From Patescibacteria group bacterium UBA926 (GTDB taxonomy: Bacteria; Patescibacteriota; Doudnabacteria; UBA920), in assembly GCA_002293685.1 (NCBI GenBank), contig DBDS01000002.1, forward strand, positions 31,742 to 95,741: a DNA stretch of 64,000 nt, in the 5' to 3' direction. Under the pieces are notes generated by a model, which searched no databases, was not told the DNA's origin, and saw only the letters and a list, made by a program, of their open reading frames with translations. Each line of letters opens with the position of its first letter. Positions within the stretch are counted from its first letter, which is position 1. Positions 56,653 to 64,000 of the stretch are shown one piece after another. Position numbers and translations under genes: made by a program.

Positions 56653-57752
56653 TAAGTCAAATAATTTTGCACCAGATACCAAGCTAGCAGGAACAGTGCT
56701 CCCCACCAGCCAAAGAATGAAATTCCAAAACTTAGGGCTATCTTGTTTCGCATTCCAACAGAAAGAGGTTCTGAAATACGTCCTTCCCGTTCTTGCGCCA
56801 ATAGTTTTGGACTAATATAAAAAGTAAGAAACAACCCATTCGCTATTAATAATAGCAATAAAATAGCTTGGTAGAAAGCCACGCCATTCAGCCAACTTTC
56901 GCGGTAAGTTATGGCAGCGCCAATCAATAATAACAATAATCCTAACCAGATCAATGGCTTTGTTACTTTATGCGCGCGGATAGTACTCTCAGTCCAATAA
57001 GATGAATGGCGTCCTAAAAAGCCATGAACATCTATTACTGTTACAGCACCAAGCCCAACCACAAAACCTGCCATGAACAAAAATAACCCAATAATGTCTA
57101 GCCAAGGAATTTTTTGGCCATCAAATATTCCTAATTTAATTTTACCCACATCACCGAGCAATCCAGTAACGCTTGTATTTGAAAAATCTTCTACTGTACC
57201 AACACCAATAACATAATCCCCTATCTGCGAGTTAGGTTCATAAACAATTATAAAGTAATTTTGTTTAGCTTCAACAGTTATTTCTTTTTTATCACCAACC
57301 CAATATCTTTCAAAACTAAATGGTTCATACCAAAATCCATTTTCGTGATTGTTGGATAACTTAATACCACCATAACCTTCAGGAATAGCTATGGGTAAAA
57401 TCTCCATGTCTACTGAATTTTCATCAGAAATATTCCGAGCAATTAAATAAATATCTGGCTTAAATTGACTATTTCTCGGAGAAACAGGGACGAGAATCTC
57501 TAATGGAATAGTCGCATCCTGCTCAGGTACGAATACATAGGAATCTAATTCGCCCACGGTTGATAATTGGCCATACACTGCTTGTGAAGAAGATGTAGGG
57601 TCAGAGATCTGAGTTGATCCCAAAAATATCCCATCAGCGACAGAGCTAAAACTAGACTCTGTTTCTAAAAATGGTTGATGAGCAAAAACGATCAGAGGTG
57701 AAAACAAAAATACAACTGCCGATAATATAGTTAACTTCGATTTAATTTCCAT
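56652..57752 (-). CDS. hypothetical signal-peptide protein with about 200-aa extracytoplasmic domain and C-terminal 3-4 TM helices, translationally coupled to crtI
   Basis: Its stop overlaps the crtI start. Signal peptide LTILSAVVFLFSPLIVFA; hydrophobic C-terminal third. Confidence 0.5.
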   Translation of the reverse strand: MEIKSKLTILSAVVFLFSPLIVFAHQPFLETESSFSSVADGIFLGSTQISDPTSSSQAVYGQLSTVGELDSYVFVPEQDATIPLEILVPVSPRNSQFKPDIYLIARNISDENSVDMEILPIAIPEGYGGIKLSNNHENGFWYEPFSFERYWVGDKKEITVEAKQNYFIIVYEPNSQIGDYVIGVGTVEDFSNTSVTGLLGDVGKIKLGIFDGQKIPWLDIIGLFLFMAGFVVGLGAVTVIDVHGFLGRHSSYWTESTIRAHKVTKPLIWLGLLLLLIGAAITYRESWLNGVAFYQAILLLLLIANGLFLTFYISPKLLAQEREGRISEPLSVGMRNKIALSFGISFFGWWGALFLLAWYLVQNYLT

Positions 57753-58201
57753 ATTTCTTTCGTTAGTTTAGTTGCGATTCCTACCCAAATTACATATGGG
57801 ATTAATAATAATGCTGGTAATAAATAAATTGGCCAGATAATGATTATCGCAATCACAGTAGTAATATTTAGATAAATCATGCGCTTATACGCTTTGCTAA
57901 AATTATGTTCAACAAAAAATACTTTGTTCCAGTTTGCATTTAAATAAGCGTTTAGCAAAAGCACAACAGCTAATATATAGTGCCAAACTCCAGGAATTGT
58001 AACAATCCAAAACAACATAACTGCCACAGTCACTAAAATATACAAAAATATCCAAATTTCTTTAATTAATTTTCCACTTGGAGTCCAGCTTGGCTTGTGT
58101 AAACCACTATACCAAGTCTTTAAACCAACTTTGGTATAACCGACTCCTATGTAAGCAGTAAAAGCTACGATTAAAGGAATAATTATAGAACTAATTTTCA
58201 T
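57731..58201 (-). CDS. tspO: TspO/MBR (CrtK) tryptophan-rich sensory protein
   Basis: WYSGLHKPSWTPSG motif and five TM helices. Confidence 0.85.
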   Translation of the reverse strand: MKISSIIIPLIVAFTAYIGVGYTKVGLKTWYSGLHKPSWTPSGKLIKEIWIFLYILVTVAVMLFWIVTIPGVWHYILAVVLLLNAYLNANWNKVFFVEHNFSKAYKRMIYLNITTVIAIIIIWPIYLLPALLLIPYVIWVGIATKLTKEIWKLNRS

Positions 58202-58826
58202 ACGATTGATAGTTAATTTCTTCGTAAAATTTTATGTCACGATCAGTACACCACTGTTTAATCATACTATAAAATGGTCCGCCAAATTTCAAAAATCCGT
58301 CATGAACCGGAATTACTACTTTTGCACTACTGGCTGCAACAAAATCCATCGTTTCACTTATTTTAGACCAAGGCGCTACAATCGGCAAAAGTAAAATTTC
58401 GGCTGGTTTTGGTAAAACTGTGAGACTATCCCCTGGATACCACAACTTTTGATTTACTAAATAGCCCGTGTTTGAAATAGTTGGAATACTTGAATGAATC
58501 ACAGCGTGATCTTTACCAAACGCTTCTACTAATAAATTATCTAATTCAAAACTTTGGCCTTGTTCGACAATCTCAATTTTAAAATTTAGATTAGAAATTT
58601 CTGCAGCAACTTCGGAATTGCATACAATCTTTACTCCAGGGCTATTATGAGCTAGTAAACTTAAATTTTCTACATTTAAATGGTCGAAGTGTTTATGTGT
58701 AATCGCAACAATGTCTACATGAGGCAGTTGTTCTGGTAACTCCGAAAACGCACCAGGATCAAACATTAAAGCCAATCCATGCTCTTCGACTAACACACAA
58801 GAATGTCCGTACTTTGTTATTTTCAT
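58191..58826 (-). CDS. MBL-fold metallo-hydrolase
   Basis: HKHFDH HxHxDH motif. Confidence 0.8.
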   Translation of the reverse strand: MKITKYGHSCVLVEEHGLALMFDPGAFSELPEQLPHVDIVAITHKHFDHLNVENLSLLAHNSPGVKIVCNSEVAAEISNLNFKIEIVEQGQSFELDNLLVEAFGKDHAVIHSSIPTISNTGYLVNQKLWYPGDSLTVLPKPAEILLLPIVAPWSKISETMDFVAASSAKVVIPVHDGFLKFGGPFYSMIKQWCTDRDIKFYEEINYQSYEN

Positions 58827-58845
58827 TAAAAGTAATACTCATTTA

Positions 58846-59304
58846 CTATTCTATAAACTCAATTTTATGGGATGTGAAAGTATTACCCACTTCGGTATCA
58901 AAAGCAAAGTATGCTTTAAATTTTTTGCCTTCTAACACATGTGGCAGCCAAACAGCATCATCAGACCACATCTCTGCATAAGGAATTTCATGATGGGCAA
59001 ACCATTGAGGTTTCATTTCTTCCGATTCCACTGGCTCACCATCAACTTCGTTAGTAGTGAAAATGTGACACATTAAATGATTATCGTCCACGAATGTGAA
59101 TTCAATCTCACCTTTATACTCTAAAGATTTTGCGACTAATCCACTTTCTTCTTGAAGCTCACGCATTGCTGCTTGCTCTAAGGTTTCACCCTCTTCAACT
59201 TTTCCACCGAAGCCATTCCATCGCCCACTTCCAAAACCACGTTTCTTGTAACCAAGTAAGACTTTCTCGTCATCATGAACAAAAACTAATGTGACTATTT
59301 TCAT
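58846..59304 (-). CDS. NUDIX hydrolase
   Basis: Nudix box GGKVEEGETLEQAAMRELQEESGL. Confidence 0.85.
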   Translation of the reverse strand: MKIVTLVFVHDDEKVLLGYKKRGFGSGRWNGFGGKVEEGETLEQAAMRELQEESGLVAKSLEYKGEIEFTFVDDNHLMCHIFTTNEVDGEPVESEEMKPQWFAHHEIPYAEMWSDDAVWLPHVLEGKKFKAYFAFDTEVGNTFTSHKIEFIE

Positions 59305-59808
59305 TTAAAACCTTTCTGCTATTTGCCCCACAACAATTCCCACCAAGATTGCTATACCTCCCATTAAAAAAGTGAATAGACCATCTCGCCAAACTTTACT
59401 GCGGAACATTTTTGCACTAACTGCGCCAAGCAAGAACAATGCAACCAACGTAAGAATTACTGAAGCAATTACCGCATTAGTGTTCGTAGAATAGAAATAT
59501 GGTGACAACGGAATGAACCCAGCTGCTATATAAGACAGTAACATTATGACTCCGCCTTTGAATGGTTTTGAGTAAGAAGTATTTTCTCCTGTCTCATAAG
59601 TTTCAACTGAGCGTTCTGAAATCAAACTTCCAACAGCCATTGAAAAAGCTTCAACAAAAATTAAAACTAACCCGGTGATAATAATACTTTTTTGATCTAG
59701 GCCAGCCACAGCGATACCTGCCAATAACCCAACAGTCGAAACCAAACTATCTTCTACACCGAAAGTGAAGTTACGAATAAAAATTGTGTAATCTTTTTTT
59801 ATACTCAT
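59305..59808 (-). CDS. VIT1/CCC1-family metal transporter
   Basis: VIT1-like TM pattern. The start is probably the internal MSIKKDYTI. Confidence 0.7.
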   Translation of the reverse strand: MSIKKDYTIFIRNFTFGVEDSLVSTVGLLAGIAVAGLDQKSIIITGLVLIFVEAFSMAVGSLISERSVETYETGENTSYSKPFKGGVIMLLSYIAAGFIPLSPYFYSTNTNAVIASVILTLVALFLLGAVSAKMFRSKVWRDGLFTFLMGGIAILVGIVVGQIAERF

Positions 59809-59809
59809 T

Positions 59810-60241
59810 TTATTTTCCAGTGCTCCCAAAACCACCATCACCACGATGAGTTTCTTCTAGTTCATCTACGAATTCTGGCTCTGGAGTAATAATTGCTTCA
59901 ATTATAAGTTGTGCCACCCTATCGCCTTTGTTCACAGAAAAGTCTTTGTCGGTGTGATTGGATAAAAGAATTAATATTTCCCCGCGATAATCCGCATCAA
60001 TTACACCGGCTAATGTATCAATTCCAAATTTCACAGCCAGACCTGAACGTGGTGCAATTCGCCCGTAATAATTTTCTGGGATTGCTGTAGAAATTCCCGT
60101 ACTCACCGAGGCAAAGCCACGGGCGGGTATAGTTTGCTCCTCTGAAGCATACAAATCCAAGCCAGCAGCCAAACCACTACCTCTTGTGGGTAATATGGCT
60201 TGTTCGTTCAATTTTTTAAAGGCTAACTTGGGAATACTCAT
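59810..60241 (-). CDS. dut: dUTP diphosphatase
   Basis: dUTPase motifs [16 protein letters not shown] and GGFGSTG. Confidence 0.9.
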   Translation of the reverse strand: MSIPKLAFKKLNEQAILPTRGSGLAAGLDLYASEEQTIPARGFASVSTGISTAIPENYYGRIAPRSGLAVKFGIDTLAGVIDADYRGEILILLSNHTDKDFSVNKGDRVAQLIIEAIITPEPEFVDELEETHRGDGGFGSTGK

Positions 60242-60301
60242 ATTGATAGTATAAATATTATAGCACTATTAAACCCGCCTTTGGGCGGGTTGTTAAATTG
60301 A

Positions 60302-61300
60302 TTATACTACGAGATAACCGTCGTCTGTGTCCTTTTTCTCTTCGGCGATTCTATGCAAAATATCGTTAAGATCCTCGTCGCTGAAAAATTCAATGGTAAT
60401 CTTTCCACCCCGGCCTTGTCTTTGAATTTTCACTTGAGTACCAAGTTTTCCGCGCAGTTCACTTTCAATTGCAATGAGCTTTGGATCCGGCATTGCTGCA
60501 TCCATTTTTCGACGCTGAACTAGTTCTCGAACCTTGGCTTCAACTTGTCTTACATTTAGGCCTTGTTCCAAAACTTGTTTGTACATTAACAACTGTCTTT
60601 CAATATCCGGCAAACTTAAAATGGCACGACCATGCCCTTCACTAATTTTTCCTTCAATAATTGCTCGCTGAATTTCGGCTGGCAAGTTTAACAAGCGCAA
60701 AGTGTTTGCCACACTCGGACGAGACTTTCCAACTTTTTGCGCAACTTGTTCTTGAGTTAAATTGAATTTATCGATTAAACGTTGAAACGCCTGAGCTTCT
60801 TCAATCGCGTTTAATTCTTGGCGTTGAATATTTTCAATTAAAGCAACTTCCAGTTTAGTCTGGTCGTGCAGAGTTTGTTTAACAATCGCAGGAACTTTTA
60901 GAAGTCCCGCTAATTGTGATGCGCGAAATCTTCGCTCACCAACCACCAACTCATAACCATCCGCTACCTGAGTTACAACAATAGGTTGAATCACTCCGTG
61001 TTCTTTTATCGAACTAGCTAATTCCTGAAGTGCTTCTTGATTAAATACTTTTCTTGGTTGAAAAGGGTTTGGTACAACTTTTGAAACTTCAATTTCCTGA
61101 ATACTGCTATCAGCGTAAGAAACTTTTTCTGATAAATCTACGGTTGGTACAAAAATTTCCTGAGTAGTGCTTTGTGGTTCTGAGGTTGCTTCTTGTTGTG
61201 AAATAATCTCTGCTTCCGGATATGAAATAACCCCAGCGTCGTTATCAGACTGCTCGGGAGTCGGTTCAGAAATATTCGGATTGATATTGAATTGGTTCAT
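60302..61300 (-). CDS. parB: ParB/Spo0J-family partition / nucleoid-associated protein
   Basis: ParB box GERRFRAS and HTH region; N-terminal acidic low-complexity extension. Confidence 0.85.
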   Translation of the reverse strand: MNQFNINPNISEPTPEQSDNDAGVISYPEAEIISQQEATSEPQSTTQEIFVPTVDLSEKVSYADSSIQEIEVSKVVPNPFQPRKVFNQEALQELASSIKEHGVIQPIVVTQVADGYELVVGERRFRASQLAGLLKVPAIVKQTLHDQTKLEVALIENIQRQELNAIEEAQAFQRLIDKFNLTQEQVAQKVGKSRPSVANTLRLLNLPAEIQRAIIEGKISEGHGRAILSLPDIERQLLMYKQVLEQGLNVRQVEAKVRELVQRRKMDAAMPDPKLIAIESELRGKLGTQVKIQRQGRGGKITIEFFSDEDLNDILHRIAEEKKDTDDGYLVV

Positions 61301-61423
61301 GATCTTGTGTTTTGTACTGCTTCGCCAAGGCTTCGCAGTACACTTCTTCGCAAATACGAAGGTGCCTGCACTTCGAAGCTTTCTTGTACTCCGAAGCTTT
61401 AAGCGAAGGAGGAAGCGAAGAAG

Positions 61424-61443
61424 TGGTGCCGATGGTGGGAGTT
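61424..61443. repeat. 20-bp direct repeat of the tRNA-Leu 3' end (att-like)
   Basis: tggtgccgatggtgggagtt is identical to 61607-61626. Confidence 0.7.
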
Positions 61444-61606
61444 CTCTTCACCCGAGCTCACGGCGGACTATGTCCGCTTCCGCTCGCTCTCCTTCAGAGC
61501 CGGCCGCTCTGCGAACGTACCACAGGTACGTTCTCGAGTCGGCTTCAACTCCTTTACCACATCAATAGATTTGTCAGCCTTGCAAGAAGCAAGGCTATCA
61601 AATCTA

Positions 61607-61691
61607 TGGTGCCGATGGTGGGAGTTGAACCCACACACCCGAAGGTACACGATTTTGAGTCGTGCGCGTCTGCCAGTTCCGCCACATCGGC
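61607..61691 (-). tRNA. tRNA-Leu (anticodon CAA), type II with long variable arm; CCA encoded
   Basis: Minus-strand GCCGATG acceptor stem; anticodon stem CACGA / TCGTG with loop CTCAAAA; variable arm; T arm GTGGG-TTCAACT-CCCAC; CATCGGC-A-CCA. Confidence 0.9.
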
Positions 61692-61727
61692 ATGCAATAA
61701 CCAACTAATTCTATCAAAATCTATGGT

Positions 61728-62267
61728 CTAGGTAAAGAACACGTTTAAACCATAAATGGTCAGTAAATAGCCAGTTATAGAGCCTAATGTGAGTCCTGTC
61801 AGGATGTCTGAAGGCCAGTGATAACTCAAAATCACCCGTGCCACACCAGTTACCACTGTTACAATTAGTAAGGCAATTCCAACAATTGGATTGAACACTA
61901 AAATCGAGCCGGCAACAGAAGCGTAAGCAATGCTATGTCTAGATGGAAATGAATTAAAGTTCACATCTCTCATTGAGAAAAATCGAGAAGTAATCACATT
62001 AAAATTAAATTTCTGATACGGGCGTTGTTTTTTATAAACGGAATTAATTGCAACTGTAATAATCATACGCGCTACAACAAATGATGTAAGTCCCAAAATA
62101 ATTATCGCCACTAGATTATCTTCAAAAAGTAAAATAAATCCAGCGATTAAATAAAACACAAAAGAGTAGTTACTCCAAAATTGCCACCAATATCGAAACA
62201 ATTTATTCGTTTCTAATTTTCTTTGCCAGTTCTGATAAGTCGCTTGATTCGGATTCATTATCGCCAT
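61728..62267 (-). CDS. PAP2-family phosphatase
   Basis: KKQRPY, PSRHS and SYHWPSD PAP2 motifs. The start is probably an internal Met (62258 or 62267), not the track start. Confidence 0.75.
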   Translation of the reverse strand: MAIMNPNQATYQNWQRKLETNKLFRYWWQFWSNYSFVFYLIAGFILLFEDNLVAIIILGLTSFVVARMIITVAINSVYKKQRPYQKFNFNVITSRFFSMRDVNFNSFPSRHSIAYASVAGSILVFNPIVGIALLIVTVVTGVARVILSYHWPSDILTGLTLGSITGYLLTIYGLNVFFT

Positions 62268-63064
62268 AAGTAAACTATTAACACCAAAGTTGCCAAACCT
62301 AATCGATACCACGCAAAGATTGCAAACGAGCGAGTTGCAACATACTTAAGCAAAAAGTGAATGGCTATAAATCCAAAAATTGCTGCGGAGAAAAATCCTA
62401 TAAGAACAGAATTCAGATTCGGTTCATCGAAGATTGCAGGAAGTTCTAACAGACCTGCCCCCAAAATTATCGGAGCCGAAAGTAAAAAGCTAAACCGCGC
62501 CGCTTGTTCACGTGTTAAACCCAGCCCTAATCCAGCCATTATCGTTGCTCCACTTCGAGATACTCCAGGAATTATAGAAATCGCCTGAGCCAATCCAATC
62601 ATCAAAGCATTCTTCCATGTTAATTCTGTAAGTTGTTTTAACTTACTTCCCCATCTATCGACTGCGAAAATAATTAACGCTCCCACACTCAAAGTAATTA
62701 TCACAGTAACCGGGCTTCGCAAAACTGTCGCCACTTGTTCTTCAAAAAGTTTGCCAGCAATTGCCGCAGGGATTGAAGCTAGAACAATTAGCCATGCCAA
62801 TCGCTGATTCAAATCACCTCGAATATTTTGCCGAGATGGAATAAGTGAAGCCAAAAACCCTTTCGCTAAGGCTAAAATTTCATGTCGGAAATAGATAACT
62901 ACAGCCACCAAAGTCCCCCAATGAAGAGCCACATCAAACGCAAGACCTTGATCTTGCCACTGAAATAACCACGAAGTCACTATTAGATGCCCTGAAGACG
63001 AAATCGGCAAAAATTCGCCGAGCCCTTGTACTAATCCTAATATGATTGGTTGAATAATTCCCAT
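62258..63064 (-). CDS. uppP: undecaprenyl-diphosphate phosphatase
   Basis: BacA/UppP family: ISRSGATI motif and eight TM helices. Confidence 0.9.
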   Translation of the reverse strand: MGIIQPIILGLVQGLGEFLPISSSGHLIVTSWLFQWQDQGLAFDVALHWGTLVAVVIYFRHEILALAKGFLASLIPSRQNIRGDLNQRLAWLIVLASIPAAIAGKLFEEQVATVLRSPVTVIITLSVGALIIFAVDRWGSKLKQLTELTWKNALMIGLAQAISIIPGVSRSGATIMAGLGLGLTREQAARFSFLLSAPIILGAGLLELPAIFDEPNLNSVLIGFFSAAIFGFIAIHFLLKYVATRSFAIFAWYRLGLATLVLIVYLWR

Positions 63065-63471
63065 TATGAAAGTTCTTTTTCAAAAATTATTTGCAAATCT
63101 TGTATTGTCTCATAAGGCAAAACTGTAAACGCTTTATTCCCCAAAACCATTGCTGAAATCCGTTTTTCTTGTGGTCTATATAAACAAATCACTTTCTTGC
63201 CTAGTTTCTCTGCAATACCGAGTTCGTATCCAACCCCCATACTAACTTGAGTTACCTCTGCGACAACCATATCTGATGATTCTAACCAACCTACATCTCT
63301 ATTAAATATAGAGAACACATCGGATTCTTCCCCACCATCCCCGAGTAAACTATCGCCTATATGTTCGGTAAGAACTTCCCCATAGTGATTAAGCACTTCG
63401 ATGATTTGTAAATACAAACCTTGATCAGCTCGACCACCTGTGATAGAGCCTGCGAAATAAATCTTCATCAC
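63064..63471 (-). CDS. nucleoside 2-deoxyribosyltransferase-like protein
   Basis: MKIYFAGSITGG N-terminus typical of the NDT / YtoQ-like fold. Confidence 0.55.
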   Translation of the reverse strand: MMKIYFAGSITGGRADQGLYLQIIEVLNHYGEVLTEHIGDSLLGDGGEESDVFSIFNRDVGWLESSDMVVAEVTQVSMGVGYELGIAEKLGKKVICLYRPQEKRISAMVLGNKAFTVLPYETIQDLQIIFEKELS

Positions 63472-64000
63472 TAGATTCCCGGTACTGGAAATTGGGTGCT
63501 AAAATCACGCACTTCCGATTTAATTTTTTCATGCAAAGTGGTGTCGTCTGGATTTTGCAAAACTTGGACCAACCAATCGGCAATTTTTGTCATGTCATCT
63601 TCTTTTGCACCGCGTGTTGTAATCGCTGGCGTTCCCAAACGAATCCCACTCGGATCCATCGGACTACGCGGATCGTTTGCAATCATGTTCATATTTAATG
63701 TAATTCCAACTGTATCTAATAACTCCTGAGCCTGCTTACCGGTAACATTCCAAGAGCTCATTACATCTACTAACATCAAGTGATTACTTGTTCCGCCAGT
63801 TATTAATTTTCCACCGCGCGCCATTAACTCTTCCGCGAGTTTAGCAGCATTACGAATAACCTGAGAAGAATATTCAATGAACTCCGGTTTTAAAGCTTCA
63901 CCAAACGCTACAGCTTTCGCAGCAATGTTATTCATATGTGGACCACCTTGAAAACCAGGAAAGACCGATTTATCGATAACAGAAGTAAATTCTTCCTTAC
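63471..64000 (-). CDS. glyA: serine hydroxymethyltransferase (C-terminal part; the N-terminus lies beyond the window)
   Basis: C-terminal SHMT sequence KLITGGTSNHLMLVDV...RLGTPAITTRG; the ORF continues to the window edge. Confidence 0.9.
   Translation of the reverse strand, partial: KEEFTSVIDKSVFPGFQGGPHMNNIAAKAVAFGEALKPEFIEYSSQVIRNAAKLAEELMARGGKLITGGTSNHLMLVDVMSSWNVTGKQAQELLDTVGITLNMNMIANDPRSPMDPSGIRLGTPAITTRGAKEDDMTKIADWLVQVLQNPDDTTLHEKIKSEVRDFSTQFPVPGI

Noticed and set aside
61167-61731. Three overlapping ORFs (61167-61568 +, 61312-61731 +, 61468-61704 -)
   Set aside because: They overlap the tRNA-Leu gene and its duplicated 3'-end region. The region is GC-rich, palindromic DNA with no RBS, so they are artefacts of an open reading frame in structured sequence.
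1-64000. CRISPR array or rRNA genes
   Set aside because: No regularly spaced direct repeats with unique spacers were seen; the repeats present are palindromic and dispersed. No 16S/23S/5S-like conserved stretches were seen.

Overview
The window is 64 kb from an AT-rich, compact bacterial genome with nearly all genes on the minus strand. Gene content suggests a small-genome, Patescibacteria/CPR-like or Gram-positive-like lineage, but this is inference. The supporting features are Zn-type S14, no L30 gene between S5 and L15, a split transketolase, RpiB, class II FBA and long extensions on L22/L23/L4.

Gene content, in order:
- A glycolysis/pentose-phosphate block: pgk, gap, fba, a PfkB-family kinase, the two transketolase subunits, rpe, rpiB, tpiA, then a GalT-like gene, ruvX, an HtrA protease and dnaX.
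- A roughly 9 kb accessory segment (15.7-24.9 kb) with a VirB4/TrbE-like FtsK-HerA ATPase, a 1144-aa coiled-coil protein, an Lpp-like exported protein and several orphan proteins.
- The ribosomal-protein cluster (secY, L15, S5, L18, L6, S8, S14, L5, L24, L14, S17, L29, L16, S3, L22, S19, L2, L23, L4, L3, S10), followed by tuf, fusA, rpsG, rpsL and rpmB.
- A site-2 protease, a cupin and a P-type Ca-ATPase.
- A carotenoid-type cluster: UbiA prenyltransferase, polyprenyl synthase, crtB, crtI, an unknown membrane protein and TspO.
- Then MBL hydrolase, NUDIX, VIT1, dut, parB, tRNA-Leu(CAA), PAP2, uppP and a partial glyA.

The most unusual features are non-coding:
- Almost every intergenic spacer longer than about 20 bp in the ribosomal cluster is occupied by a palindromic, hairpin-forming repeat, and the same repeats occur around tuf, rpsL and the transketolase genes.
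- At least three repeat families can be read off the sequence. One has GTCATCCTGAG...CTCAGRATGAC termini. One has a GAGCCGTA...TACGGTGAG hairpin with a tandem G.A internal loop. One is an ~70-nt element present in three copies that carry compensatory base changes. Perfect-TIR MITE-like units are also present.
- Four small plus-strand genes, each with its own promoter-like signal, Shine-Dalgarno sequence and terminator, lie antisense between essential minus-strand genes.
- A GC-rich cluster of nested palindromes lies between rpmB and the cupin gene.
- The tRNA-Leu gene has a 20-bp duplication of its 3' end 163 bp downstream, an att-like scar.
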